Origin: an uncultured Gammaproteobacteria bacterium
GTDB taxonomy: Bacteria; Patescibacteriota; Microgenomatia; PFEM01; DATLAM01
Length of the DNA: 64,000 nucleotides
Direction of reading: 5' to 3'
NCBI GenBank assembly: GCA_964566925.1
Contig: CAZMIZ010000001.1
Coordinates: 219,968 to 283,967 of the forward strand
Within the stretch, counting starts at the first letter, position 1, and the number at the start of each line of letters is the position of its first letter. A program made the translations under genes and the position numbers. This document shows positions 18,245 to 28,020 of this stretch, one piece after another. The notes below the pieces were generated by a model. That model was not told where the DNA came from. It worked only from the letters and a program-made list of their open reading frames with translations, and did no database searches.

Positions 18245-19033
18245 TTGGACTTTATTCCCGATTGGAATCTTAGGGAAATGGTGAGCTCAGGATTAACTTT
18301 TGCTTATATTCTTGTTTTTTCTCTTCTAGGGAGCGTCGCTTCGCTGATTGGGGGAATTTTTCTTCTTTATAAAGCTGATTGGGCCAAAGAGGCTTCCGGT
18401 CATTTAGTAAGCTTTGCGGCTGGCGTGCTTTTATCAGCCGCTTTTTTTGATCTCTTACCTGAAGCCTTAGAGATGGCTGAAGAAATAGATGAAGTTTTCC
18501 TTTTTACTTTAGGCGGAATCGTGGTTTTTTTTCTGGTGGAGCGCTTTCTGCTTCGGCTTCACCACCATGATCGCTTTCACGATTTACCTCCGGTAAGTTC
18601 TTTAGTGGTGGTTGGTGATGCGATCCACAACTTTATTGATGGTATTATTATTACTACTACTTTTCTCGTTAACTATCCTCTGGGGGTAGTTACTTCTTTG
18701 GCGATTATCTCTCACGAGATCCCCCAAGAGATTGGGGACTTCGGGATTTTACTTCATGGCGGGATGAAGAGAAAAAAGGTGTTTTTTATCAATTTAGCGG
18801 CGGCTTTAATGACTGTTTTGGGAGCAATTTTAACTTTTATTTTTGTCTCGTCAGTTAATCTGATGATGGTGCCCCTTCTTTCTTTTGCGGCAGGGAACTT
18901 TATTTACATTGCTGCCTCTGACCTGATTCCTGAAATCCATCATGGGTTGGGGAAAGAAAAAGGATGGTCTCAAAGTTTTTTGTTTATTAGCGGGATTCTT
19001 TTAATTTGGGTTTTAGTGGGTTTTTGGGAATAG
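18245..19033 (+). CDS. ZIP-family divalent metal transporter (ZupT-like)
   Basis: HHHDRFH ... HNFIDG ... SHEIPQEIGDFGIL. Confidence 0.8.
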   Translation: MDFIPDWNLREMVSSGLTFAYILVFSLLGSVASLIGGIFLLYKADWAKEASGHLVSFAAGVLLSAAFFDLLPEALEMAEEIDEVFLFTLGGIVVFFLVERFLLRLHHHDRFHDLPPVSSLVVVGDAIHNFIDGIIITTTFLVNYPLGVVTSLAIISHEIPQEIGDFGILLHGGMKRKKVFFINLAAALMTVLGAILTFIFVSSVNLMMVPLLSFAAGNFIYIAASDLIPEIHHGLGKEKGWSQSFLFISGILLIWVLVGFWE

Positions 19034-19045
19034 GGAGAATAAAAA

Positions 19046-19492
19046 CTAAATTAGCGTCTTTTTTTGATACTCCTGATAGGCTTTACCAAACTTTTGGTGG
19101 AGGCTTTTTTCTTCGATTTTAGCTCGAGCAAGATTTAAGGGTAAGATCAAGAGAAGGGTGTAAATAAGGCCTGTTTTAGAGCCGGTGGCTAAAGAAAGGC
19201 CCAGGAAAGTAAGGTTGATACCCAGATAGATGGGGTGAGAGACGAGCCGATAAAGCCCTCTTTTTTGAAAAGTCTTAGGGGAGGGCAGAACCGAAAAATT
19301 AGCCAGACCTAAAGAGAAATAACCCCCAAACCAGAAAACCAAACCAGGGAAGGTCAGCAGAAGGCCGAGAAGTTGCAGCTCTAGACCAGGCAAGAACTGC
19401 GACTGATTTAGATAAATAATGATTGGCCCGGCCAAATAAAAAAGGGGGATTAGAAAGGTGAGGAAGAAATTTTTAAGGTTTTTGATTATCAC
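19046..19492 (-). CDS. Isoprenylcysteine carboxyl methyltransferase/PEMT-family membrane methyltransferase
   Basis: RLVSHPIYLG ... C-terminal EE...KFG motif. Confidence 0.6.
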   Translation of the reverse strand: MIIKNLKNFFLTFLIPLFYLAGPIIIYLNQSQFLPGLELQLLGLLLTFPGLVFWFGGYFSLGLANFSVLPSPKTFQKRGLYRLVSHPIYLGINLTFLGLSLATGSKTGLIYTLLLILPLNLARAKIEEKSLHQKFGKAYQEYQKKTLI

Positions 19493-19531
19493 TTGCCATA
19501 ATGGTACTCAAAACGTTATCATCAAAACAAG

Positions 19532-20188
19532 GTGATCTTTGTTAATTTAAAGACCTACAAAGAAGGGACGGGCAAGAGAGCGCTGGATTTAGTTAGGGTC
19601 TGCGAAGCGGTTCAAAAGGAAACAGAAGTGAAAATTTTGCCTGTGATTCAGGCGGTTGACCTTTATCATATCCATCACCACCTTCCTCAGCTTGAGTTTT
19701 GGACCCAGCACGTCGATAGCATCAGTTTTGGCCCAAATACCGGCCAAATTTTACCAGAGGCGGTGGTCGCCGCCGGAGCCAAAGGGACTCTTTTAAACCA
19801 TTCTGAAAAGAGACTGCCAGTTGAGGTAATTCAAGAAACGATTGGTTATTGCCAGCAGTTAAAATTAAAAGTTTTGGTTTGTTCAGAAAGCCTGGAAGAA
19901 GCCAAAGAAATAAATCAAGCCAAGCCTGATTTAATCGCTTTTGAACCTCCGGAATTTATTGGCAGCCGGACGACCTCCGTGGCCACCGCTAAACAAGAAA
20001 TCATTAAAGATTTTGTTAAAGAGATTAAGGCAGCTCCCGTTTTAGTTGGCGCTGGGATTCATTCTCAAGAGGATGTGGAGATCGCAGTTAAACTGGGAGC
20101 AGTTGGGGTTTTAGTGGCAACTGATGTGGTTTTAGCTAAAGATCCCCAAAAAGAGTTGTTAGATTTAGCCAAAGGCTTTAAACAATGA
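19532..20188 (+). CDS. tpiA: Triosephosphate isomerase, short archaeal-type
   Basis: NLKTY ... LNHSEKR ... FEPPEFIG ... 218 aa. Confidence 0.65.
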   Translation: MIFVNLKTYKEGTGKRALDLVRVCEAVQKETEVKILPVIQAVDLYHIHHHLPQLEFWTQHVDSISFGPNTGQILPEAVVAAGAKGTLLNHSEKRLPVEVIQETIGYCQQLKLKVLVCSESLEEAKEINQAKPDLIAFEPPEFIGSRTTSVATAKQEIIKDFVKEIKAAPVLVGAGIHSQEDVEIAVKLGAVGVLVATDVVLAKDPQKELLDLAKGFKQ

Positions 20189-20727
20189 AGAGATTTAAGA
20201 TTTGTGTTATTGGCGGCGAAGAAGGAAAGGCCGCTGAAAAAGCAAAACCTCTCGCCCGGAAAATAGGGAAGGAGGTGGCCAAAAGAGGCCACATTCTGGT
20301 TACCGGAGCAACCACTGGTGTTCCTTTTGCGGCTGCCTTGGCTGCCAAAAAGGCCGGTGGGATTAGCATTGGTTTTTCCCCGGCCGGGAGTGAATTAGAA
20401 CATCAAAAGAAGTATCGACTCCCGACCAAGAAAGCTTTTGATCATATTTTTTACACCGAAGAGGGTTACACCGGCCGCGATCTTTTAATGGTCAGAACCG
20501 TTGATGCCTCAGTTATGATTGATGGCCGGATTGGCACCCTCCATGAGTTTACCATTGCCTTTGAGGAACATGAGATTATCGGTGTCTTAGAGGGTTCAGG
20601 GGGAATGGCGGATGAGATCAAACGGATTCTAACAGCGGCTAAAAAGGGCCAGAGGAAGGTAATCTTTGCCTCCGACCCAATCAAGTTAGTAGACAAAGTG
20701 ATTAAGAGAATTAAAAAGGAAAAATAG
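20185..20727 (+). CDS. LOG/TIGR00725-family Rossmann-fold protein
   Basis: VTGATTG ... DGRIGTLHEF. Confidence 0.5.
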   Translation: MKRFKICVIGGEEGKAAEKAKPLARKIGKEVAKRGHILVTGATTGVPFAAALAAKKAGGISIGFSPAGSELEHQKKYRLPTKKAFDHIFYTEEGYTGRDLLMVRTVDASVMIDGRIGTLHEFTIAFEEHEIIGVLEGSGGMADEIKRILTAAKKGQRKVIFASDPIKLVDKVIKRIKKEK

Positions 20728-20801
20728 TTAAATAAAGTCAATAAATATTATTACCGAAGTTACTGGCTTTATTGAGTTAGTGAGTCATTAATTTTACTGT
20801 C

Positions 20802-21854
20802 ATGAGGCTGCCCAACGTTAAGGATTTGTCAGTTGCTAATAAAAGAGTTCTTTTGCGCACCAACTATGATGTTCCTTTAGATGTTGATGGCCGGGTAGCG
20901 GATGAAACGAGAATTGAGGAATCATTATTCACGATTAAACATCTCCTTGACCAAAAAGCAAAAATAATCATTATTACCCATCTCGACCGGCCCGGGGGTA
21001 AATTTGTGCCTGGTTTAAGCCTCAAGTCGGTCAAGGAAAGACTAGAAATGATGTTGCCTAAAACGAAAATTTGGTTTTCTGGTGAGGTTCTAGGTGAAAA
21101 AACAAAAAGGCGGGCAATCGGCTTAAAAAAGGAGGAAATTTTACTTTTAGAAAATCTTCGTTTTGATCCAGGTGAAGAGGCTAATCAGCGTCGTTTTGCT
21201 CGAGGCCTAGCTAGCTTAGCCGATCTCTACATTAATGATGCCTTTGCCAATTCGCATCGAAGCCATGCCTCAATGATTAGCGTTCCCTTATTATTACCAT
21301 CCGCTTTGGGTCTTGATTGCCAGAAAGAGATTGAAATTCTCTCCCAAGTTCGAAGTCAACCCAAAAAACCGGTAGTGATTATTTTGGGTGGAGTGAAAAG
21401 AAGCAAGGTGGAAGCGGCCAAAAAACTTATTTCCTGGGCAGACTCTATTTTGGTGGCTGGTGAGCTGATTACCTATGATGGAATTCCTGAAGTAGTTGGT
21501 CGTCACCAAAAGATTTTAGGCAGCTTGACTAAAAAAGGGGAAGACATCACAATGGAAACAATTAAGAAGTTTAAAAAAGTTATTGCCGCTGCAAAAACGA
21601 TTATTTGGTCAGGTCCCTTAGGTGCTTATGAAGAAGAAGGGTACGAACGAGGGACCAAGGAGATTGCCAAGGCGGTGGTAGCCAGCGGTGCTTATACCAT
21701 TGTCGGTGGCGGCGACACCGAAGCGGCCCTGACTAAGTTTGGTTTGGTTGACAAGATTGACTATATTTCTTCGGGTGGCGGAGCGATGCTTGAGTTTTTG
21801 GCTGAGGGAACTTTACCGGCAATAGAAGCAATTAAGAGTAAAAGTAATAAATAA
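20802..21854 (+). CDS. pgk: Phosphoglycerate kinase
   Basis: VLLRTNYDVPLD ... GGGDT. Confidence 0.85.
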   Translation: MRLPNVKDLSVANKRVLLRTNYDVPLDVDGRVADETRIEESLFTIKHLLDQKAKIIIITHLDRPGGKFVPGLSLKSVKERLEMMLPKTKIWFSGEVLGEKTKRRAIGLKKEEILLLENLRFDPGEEANQRRFARGLASLADLYINDAFANSHRSHASMISVPLLLPSALGLDCQKEIEILSQVRSQPKKPVVIILGGVKRSKVEAAKKLISWADSILVAGELITYDGIPEVVGRHQKILGSLTKKGEDITMETIKKFKKVIAAAKTIIWSGPLGAYEEEGYERGTKEIAKAVVASGAYTIVGGGDTEAALTKFGLVDKIDYISSGGGAMLEFLAEGTLPAIEAIKSKSNK

Positions 21855-21916
21855 AGACAATTAATCAGTAAAAACAAAAAACGCGGTTACTGACTTTGCT
21901 GAATTATTAAACAGTT

Positions 21917-22945
21917 ATGATTAAACTAGCGATTAATGGTTTTGGGAGGATTGGTCGGATTGCCTTTCGGGTAGCTACCCTTCTTTATTCCCGGAAAGTC
22001 AAAGTGGTGGCGGTTAACACTTCTGGTTCGATGGCCATTAATGGTTGGGCCCACCTTCTTCGTTATGATAGTGTTTATAAGGAATTTAAAAAGAAGATTG
22101 AGGTGAGGAAAAAGAGAAAAGGGAAGGAGATTGGTGTTTTAATGGTTGATAAAAAACTAATCCCGGTTTTGGCGGAACGAGAACCGGCTAAAATTCCTTG
22201 GAGAAAATATAGACCTGACGTGGTGATTGAATCAACCGGAGTTTTCCGAGAGCGGAAACTAGCCGCGGCCCATCTTCGAGCTGGGGCCAAAAAGGTGATT
22301 ATTTCTGCTCCGGCCAAAAACACGGAAACTTTTGTTATTGGCGGTAACGAAGAGCAATACCGAGATAATTTGATTATTGACATGGCCTCTTGTACCACTA
22401 ATTGCGTGGTGCCCATAACCCGGGTGATCCTGGAAAGGTTTGGGATTCAAAAAGCTTTAATGAGTACGATTCATGCCTACACGGCGGATCAAGAAGTGGT
22501 TGACGGTTCCCATCGGGATTTACGCCGGGCTCGAGCCGCGGCCGTTAATATCGTACCAACCACCACCGGCGCCGCTCTGGCTACCACTAAGGTTTTACCT
22601 TCACTTCAAGGGGTTTTTGATGGGATCGCTTATCGGGTCCCGGTGGTTTGCGGTTCAATTTCGGATTTTAGTTTTTTAACCACTAAAAGAACTTCGTCTC
22701 AAGAGGTAAATCAGGCCTTAATCAAAGCTTCAAAAGGTCGATATAAGGGAATTATCGGTGTTTCTGACCAGCCCCTGGTTTCCACTGACATTATCGGGAG
22801 CCGTTTCTCGGCAACCGTAGATCTCTCTTTGACCCAAGTAATTGACGGTGACCTGGTTAAGGTCGTGACCTGGTATGATAATGAATGGGCTTATTGTTGT
22901 CGCCTGATCGAAATGGCGATGATGATCGGAAATAAAAATGAATAA
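21917..22945 (+). CDS. gap: Glyceraldehyde-3-phosphate dehydrogenase
   Basis: INGFGRIGR ... ASCTTNC ... WYDNEW. Confidence 0.9.
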   Translation: MIKLAINGFGRIGRIAFRVATLLYSRKVKVVAVNTSGSMAINGWAHLLRYDSVYKEFKKKIEVRKKRKGKEIGVLMVDKKLIPVLAEREPAKIPWRKYRPDVVIESTGVFRERKLAAAHLRAGAKKVIISAPAKNTETFVIGGNEEQYRDNLIIDMASCTTNCVVPITRVILERFGIQKALMSTIHAYTADQEVVDGSHRDLRRARAAAVNIVPTTTGAALATTKVLPSLQGVFDGIAYRVPVVCGSISDFSFLTTKRTSSQEVNQALIKASKGRYKGIIGVSDQPLVSTDIIGSRFSATVDLSLTQVIDGDLVKVVTWYDNEWAYCCRLIEMAMMIGNKNE

Positions 22946-23600
22946 AAGACGGCTCACTTCTTTTCTTGACTTTGCTAATCATCGCCAGGATGTAACTCCG
23001 GAGGAGATTAGGGTGCTCTGCCAACAAGTTAAAAAACACGGCTTTCATGGTGTTTTTGTTAATCCCTGCTATGTTTCCCTGACAAGAAATTTTTTAGAGA
23101 CAGGAGCGGTGGGAACGGTGATCTCTTTTCCTTTAGGTCAAGACAGTCAAGAAATTAAGGTGATTGCCGCTATTGACGCCGCCAAAAACCGAGCCGACGA
23201 GCTTGATGTCAGTCTGAATGTTGGCCTTTTTAAGGCAGGAAAGGGCAACTTGGTTTTAGAGGAGATGAAAGCCGTGGTGGTGGCCGCTAAAAATATAAAA
23301 AAAGCGGTTTTAGTCAAGTTCATTATCGAGACAGGATTATTAACTGATAGTGAAATTAAAAAAGCGGCCCAACTAGTACTTGAATCAGGGGCCGATTTTG
23401 TTAAAACTAATTCCGGTTTTGGGCCACGGGGGGCGAGCTTGAAAGATGTGGGATTGATTCGCCAGGCAGTGGGGAAGAAAATTAAGATTAAAGTGGCCGG
23501 CGGGATCTATACTTATAAGAAGGCGATTAAATTTATTGAAAAAGGGGCCGACCGGATTGGGACTTCAAAAGCAGTGGAAATTATTAAAGGAGCTCGTTAG
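22938..23600 (+). CDS. deoC: Deoxyribose-phosphate aldolase
   Basis: DFVKTNSGF ... KVAGGI. Confidence 0.8.
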   Translation: MNKRRLTSFLDFANHRQDVTPEEIRVLCQQVKKHGFHGVFVNPCYVSLTRNFLETGAVGTVISFPLGQDSQEIKVIAAIDAAKNRADELDVSLNVGLFKAGKGNLVLEEMKAVVVAAKNIKKAVLVKFIIETGLLTDSEIKKAAQLVLESGADFVKTNSGFGPRGASLKDVGLIRQAVGKKIKIKVAGGIYTYKKAIKFIEKGADRIGTSKAVEIIKGAR

Positions 23601-23627
23601 AATAAAAAGAGACTCATTGGAAAGGGG

Positions 23628-23963
23628 GTGAGAAAAATTATGTTTGATATTGGTAAATCGGATGATCCAGCCAAACCAGGTAGCGCAACTCCGCCCACGC
23701 CGGGGAGTCCAGCTAAACCTGGTGGGGTGACACCCGCGGCTGGCGGGCCACCCAAACCTGGAATGCCTTCACCTACAGCTGGCGGGCCACCCAAGCCGCC
23801 ATCGCCACCCACCGCGCCCAAACCACCATCTCCACCTCCACCAACGCCACCACTAGGAGGATCAAAACCTTTAGGAGGTGAGCCTACTCATGAGGAGTTA
23901 ATGGCCGAGCTTAAAGACATTAAGTCAATCTTGGCAAAAATCGAAGCAAAGAGCGGAGGTTAA
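23628..23963 (+). CDS. Proline-rich low-complexity protein
   Basis: PKPG/PPSPP repeats encoded by a local GC-rich stretch; RBS present. Confidence 0.5.
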   Translation: MRKIMFDIGKSDDPAKPGSATPPTPGSPAKPGGVTPAAGGPPKPGMPSPTAGGPPKPPSPPTAPKPPSPPPPTPPLGGSKPLGGEPTHEELMAELKDIKSILAKIEAKSGG

Positions 23964-23964
23964 G

Positions 23965-24843
23965 GTGCTCAGTGCGCGCGAAATATTAGAAAAAGCCCAC
24001 CAAAAGGGTTATGCCTTGGGTGCTTTTAATGCGGGCGATTTAGAAATCGTTAAAGGGGTCATCCAGGCCGGAGTAGAACAACAATCACCCTTAATTATTG
24101 AAACCTCCCCAGGGGAGACCAGATTTTTCGGGCCCAAAAATTTTGATTGTGTTATCGAAAATTTTAAAAAAGAAACCGGCCTGCCGATTTTGGCTAATCT
24201 GGATCATGCCTTGGGGATAGAGGAAGCTCAAGCAGGCATTGAAGCCGGTTTTGAACTGGTTCATTTCGATGGCTCAGAATTGCCTTATGAAGAAAATGTC
24301 AAAATAACCAAGGCCGTCGTTGAACAGGCTCATCAAAAAGGACTTCTTGTTGAAGGTGAGATTGATAAAATTCTCGGCAGTTCTGAGCCTCACCTGACCG
24401 AAGATGCGGAGACAGTCCAGGCTAGGGCTAACTATACTGATCCCGATCGGGCGGTGGATTTCGTTGAGAAGACCGGAGTGGATCTTTTAGCTGTTTTCGT
24501 TGGTAATCTTCATGGAGTTTATCGGCAACAACCTAAACTGGATTTAGAGCGGCTAAAAATAATTGCCCAGAAGTTAACCTGTTTTCTCTCTCTCCACGGC
24601 GGGTCGGGCTTATTAGATGAAGATATTAAGAAAACCATTCAAGTTGGCAAAGTGGTTAAAATTAACGTTAACACGGAATTGCGAATTGCTTATCGAGAAA
24701 CTTTAGAGAATGTTTTGAAAGGTTCGGAGGAGGTAGCTATCTATAAAATTATGCCGCCGGTAATCGCCGCCGTTCAAAAAGTAGTTGAGGAAAAAATGCA
24801 ACTTTTTGGCTCGGCTGGTGAAGCTAAGGAGGTTTCAAAATGA
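23965..24843 (+). CDS. fba: Class II fructose-bisphosphate aldolase (GTG start)
   Basis: GAFNAG ... LDHA ... LHGGSG. Confidence 0.85.
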   Translation: MLSAREILEKAHQKGYALGAFNAGDLEIVKGVIQAGVEQQSPLIIETSPGETRFFGPKNFDCVIENFKKETGLPILANLDHALGIEEAQAGIEAGFELVHFDGSELPYEENVKITKAVVEQAHQKGLLVEGEIDKILGSSEPHLTEDAETVQARANYTDPDRAVDFVEKTGVDLLAVFVGNLHGVYRQQPKLDLERLKIIAQKLTCFLSLHGGSGLLDEDIKKTIQVGKVVKINVNTELRIAYRETLENVLKGSEEVAIYKIMPPVIAAVQKVVEEKMQLFGSAGEAKEVSK

Positions 24844-25787
24844 AATATGATATTACGGCCATCGGTTCGGCGGTGATGGATGTTTTCCTGAAATCGCCTG
24901 AATTTAAACCCGGTGAGCCTTTGCCGGTGGGTGACAAACTCGAGGTTGAGGAACTCTACCTAACCACTGGGGGAGGGGGGACCAACACGGCCACTGGGCT
25001 TGCCCGCTTGGGTTTGAAGACGGCTTGCATTGCTCGGTTTGGTGATGATCTCTTTGGCAAATTTGTTGAACGAGAACTAGAGAAAGAGAGTTTTGATAAA
25101 GACTATTTAATGGTCAGATTAGGGGATAAGACTGACTATTCAACCATTATTGTTTATCCGGATGGCTCAAGAGTAATTTTGGTTCATCGGGGTAAAACCA
25201 GGCTAGACGAAACAGGCTTTCCCTGGCAGATCTTAGATGAGACGAAGTGGCTCTATATTGCTTCTCTAGAAGGCAATGTTGATTTGTTAACTCAGGTAGT
25301 CACGAAAGCCAAGGAAAAAGGCGTCAAAGTCGCTTTAAATCCGGGTAGTCGGGAATTGAAAGAGCACGACAAACTTCTTTCCCTTTTCCCGAAAATTGAA
25401 GTCTTAGTTCTTAATTTAGAAGAGGCGATGCTTTTTACTGGCGAAAAGGAAGAGAAGCAGGTCTTTGCTAAAATTTCTCGGTTGGGACCAAAAATTGTGG
25501 TGGTTACCAATGGCCGGAAAGGCGCCCATCTTTTTAGTCAAGGAAAACACTTTTTCAGTGAAGCCTTTAAAGGCCAAACAGTTGATGAGTTAGGGGCGGG
25601 CGATGCTTTTTCATCCGGCTTGGTGGCCGGTCTGGTCAAAGGTTTTTCCTTAGAAGAATCCCTTAAATTAGGGATGGCCAATGGCGCTTCAGTCGTCACT
25701 AAAATCGGTGCCAAAACCGCTCTTTTGCGAGAAAATGAAATTAAAGAATGGCTGGGAAAAGATCTCAAAATTGAGCAACTAAGTTAA
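24840..25787 (+). CDS. PfkB-family carbohydrate/nucleoside kinase
   Basis: TTGGGGTN ... GAGDAFSSGL. Confidence 0.75.
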   Translation: MKYDITAIGSAVMDVFLKSPEFKPGEPLPVGDKLEVEELYLTTGGGGTNTATGLARLGLKTACIARFGDDLFGKFVERELEKESFDKDYLMVRLGDKTDYSTIIVYPDGSRVILVHRGKTRLDETGFPWQILDETKWLYIASLEGNVDLLTQVVTKAKEKGVKVALNPGSRELKEHDKLLSLFPKIEVLVLNLEEAMLFTGEKEEKQVFAKISRLGPKIVVVTNGRKGAHLFSQGKHFFSEAFKGQTVDELGAGDAFSSGLVAGLVKGFSLEESLKLGMANGASVVTKIGAKTALLRENEIKEWLGKDLKIEQLS

Positions 25788-25881
25788 TCAGCAAAACCTT
25801 CCAAAATCTGTCCCGAAAAAAAGCCGAAAATCGGCCCTTCCCAAAAGTCCTATTTTTTGTTAGCATTTTGATGAGGTTCCA

Positions 25882-25902
25882 AAAATGAAAATCCGTGAGG
25901 TT
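25882..25902 (+). repeat. Direct repeat copy 1 (AAATGAAAATCCGTGAGGTTC)
   Basis: 21/21 identical to 27172-27192. Confidence 0.8.
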
Positions 25903-27174
25903 CATAATTGGTCTTTCTCTCTACACCCTTTTTTGCAGAGGCTTAAAGGTCAAGAAAGCCGCTCTTTATTTTTTAAAGACCTTCCGCGCGAAACGCAGAA
26001 CTTGATTTGGATTCAATTTCTGGTTACTTTTTCTGCCTCGTTGGCCGGGATTTTTATTAACATTTTTCTTTGGCGTCAAGCTCATAATTTTACCCCTCTG
26101 GTTGTTTTTAATTTTTTCAATATTTTTCTTTTAGTAGTTGTTTATATTTTAAGCGCCTATTTATTTCAAAAACGCTCCTCTGCTTTTGGCATCAGGATGG
26201 GGCTTTTGTTTACAGTTTTGTTTTACTTTTCTCTTCTTCTCTTGAGGGAGAAAGCGGTTTTCTGGGTAATTCCTTTGGGTTGTTTGAAGGGAGTGGCGAG
26301 TGGTTTTTATTGGTCCGGCCTTAATTTACTTCAGTATGTTTTAACTCATGACAGAAATAGAGATTATTATTTTGGTATAGTAGGATTTTGGGGAACCTTA
26401 GCCGGGTTGGCCGGGCCGATTATTGGCGGGGCAATCATTGCCTTTGGGGGCCTATTCGTTCCTGATTCCTTCTTGGGGTACTACTTATTATTTTTGGTTA
26501 CCTCGGCAATTTTTACGATCACGGCCTTCTTTTCTTTCCGGCTTAAAAGGCTTTATTTGACAAAATTCTCTCCATTAAAGATTCGTTCTTCGATTAAAAA
26601 CAATCGGCCATGGCGGCTGGTTCTTGGCCAACAATTTTTAATTGGTCTCTTTGATGTTTCTCTTACGGTTCTAATCGGCATTTTTATTTATCTTATTCTT
26701 GCGAATAATGAGTTTTTCGTTGGCACTTTTCAAACCGTCATGGGGTTTATTGGCGCCGTTGGTAGCTTCGTGGCCGGCAGGATGATTATTGAGAAAAGAA
26801 GACTGGCTCTCGCTTTTCTTGGAGCGATTGGTTTTGTTTTAGGCTCAGCCCTTTTAGGTTTCTGGCCAACCGTGTTTATCCTTATTCTTAGCGGCTTGTT
26901 AAAAAAATCTTTAGGCTCTTTTCTTGAGGTGACCTTAGGCACCCTCTATTTCCGAACCATTGATACCGACCCCCGTCCTTGGCAGGAGAAGTATGATTAC
27001 ATGATTGCCAGGGATACCGCCCTGGGATTGGGAAGACTTTTAAGTTATTTGATTTTGCTTTTTCTTTTTAGGAGCTTTACCCAAATGACCGTTGCCAGGG
27101 GATGGATTGTGGTTGCTGGCGCCATCCCGGTTTTGATTTGGGTTTTAGTTTGGCAAATGGGTAAGGAGGGATAA
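25885..27174 (+). CDS. MFS-type transporter
   Basis: 429 aa, ~12 TM. Confidence 0.7.
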   Translation: MKIREVHNWSFSLHPFLQRLKGQESRSLFFKDLPRETQNLIWIQFLVTFSASLAGIFINIFLWRQAHNFTPLVVFNFFNIFLLVVVYILSAYLFQKRSSAFGIRMGLLFTVLFYFSLLLLREKAVFWVIPLGCLKGVASGFYWSGLNLLQYVLTHDRNRDYYFGIVGFWGTLAGLAGPIIGGAIIAFGGLFVPDSFLGYYLLFLVTSAIFTITAFFSFRLKRLYLTKFSPLKIRSSIKNNRPWRLVLGQQFLIGLFDVSLTVLIGIFIYLILANNEFFVGTFQTVMGFIGAVGSFVAGRMIIEKRRLALAFLGAIGFVLGSALLGFWPTVFILILSGLLKKSLGSFLEVTLGTLYFRTIDTDPRPWQEKYDYMIARDTALGLGRLLSYLILLFLFRSFTQMTVARGWIVVAGAIPVLIWVLVWQMGKEG

Positions 27175-27192
27175 ATGAAAATCCGTGAGGTT
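27172..27192 (+). repeat. Direct repeat copy 2 (AAATGAAAATCCGTGAGGTTC)
   Basis: identical to 25882-25902. Confidence 0.8.
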
Positions 27193-28017
27193 CGGTGCAA
27201 AACCATTCTTTCTCAATCCAAACTGCCTGGTTGTGATTATGTGATCAATCCCTATGTTGGCTGTGCTCATGGTTGTGTTTGGTGCTATGCCCGGTTTATG
27301 AAGCGCTACACCGGCCATGATGAAGAAGATTGGGGAAGCTTTGTGGATGTTAAAATCAATGCGCCTGAGGTCTTGATTAAAGATATTAAAAGGCTAAAAG
27401 GGAAGCCCACCATTTTTCTTTCTTCGGTTTGTGATCCTTATCAGCCAGTTGAGGCAAAATACAAATTAACCCGGAAATGCCTAGAAATTCTTTCTCAATT
27501 TTCCGCCAGAGGCGGACCAGCCTCTGGTTGGCCTTTTTCGGTCAGTATTTTAACTCAATCAAAATTAGTCACCCGCGACCTCGATTTGTTTAAAAAATTT
27601 AAAGATTTAGATGTGGGGATGAGTTTTATTACCATGGACGAAAAAGCCACTCGACTTTTCCAGCCCTTAGCGGCTTTACCTCAGGAAAGGGTTGAAACCC
27701 TAAAAAAACTTTATCAGGCGGGAATTAAAACTTATATTCATGTTGGCCCCATCTTGCCTCATTTCACCGATCTCGAAGCCATTTTTAAGGCGACCCACCC
27801 CTATCTTGATGCGGCCATGGGTGAGACACTTAATACCAGAGGTGAGAATTGGCTTAATTTAATTAGGACTTTGTCGAAACACTATCCCCAACTTTTGCCT
27901 CAATTTAAAAAAAGGCAGTTTAAAGATCCAGATTATTTAGGCCAAATTGGGGTGGATTTTGAAAAAACAGCCAAGCGTTATAAAATACCATTGATTGGTG
28001 TTTATCATCACCGCTAA
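27175..28017 (+). CDS. Radical-SAM DNA repair photolyase (SplB-like)
   Basis: NPYVGCAHGCVWCYAR. Confidence 0.75.
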   Translation: MKIREVRCKTILSQSKLPGCDYVINPYVGCAHGCVWCYARFMKRYTGHDEEDWGSFVDVKINAPEVLIKDIKRLKGKPTIFLSSVCDPYQPVEAKYKLTRKCLEILSQFSARGGPASGWPFSVSILTQSKLVTRDLDLFKKFKDLDVGMSFITMDEKATRLFQPLAALPQERVETLKKLYQAGIKTYIHVGPILPHFTDLEAIFKATHPYLDAAMGETLNTRGENWLNLIRTLSKHYPQLLPQFKKRQFKDPDYLGQIGVDFEKTAKRYKIPLIGVYHHR

Positions 28018-28020
28018 AAA

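Noticed and set aside
18082-18273. 63-aa hydrophobic ORF overlapping start of ZIP transporter
   Set aside because: Different frame, overlaps the ZIP gene N-terminus; probably spurious or an alternative mis-called start
23597-23821. Gly-rich 74-aa ORF on minus strand
   Set aside because: Mirror-image artefact of the Pro-rich coding repeat on the plus strand
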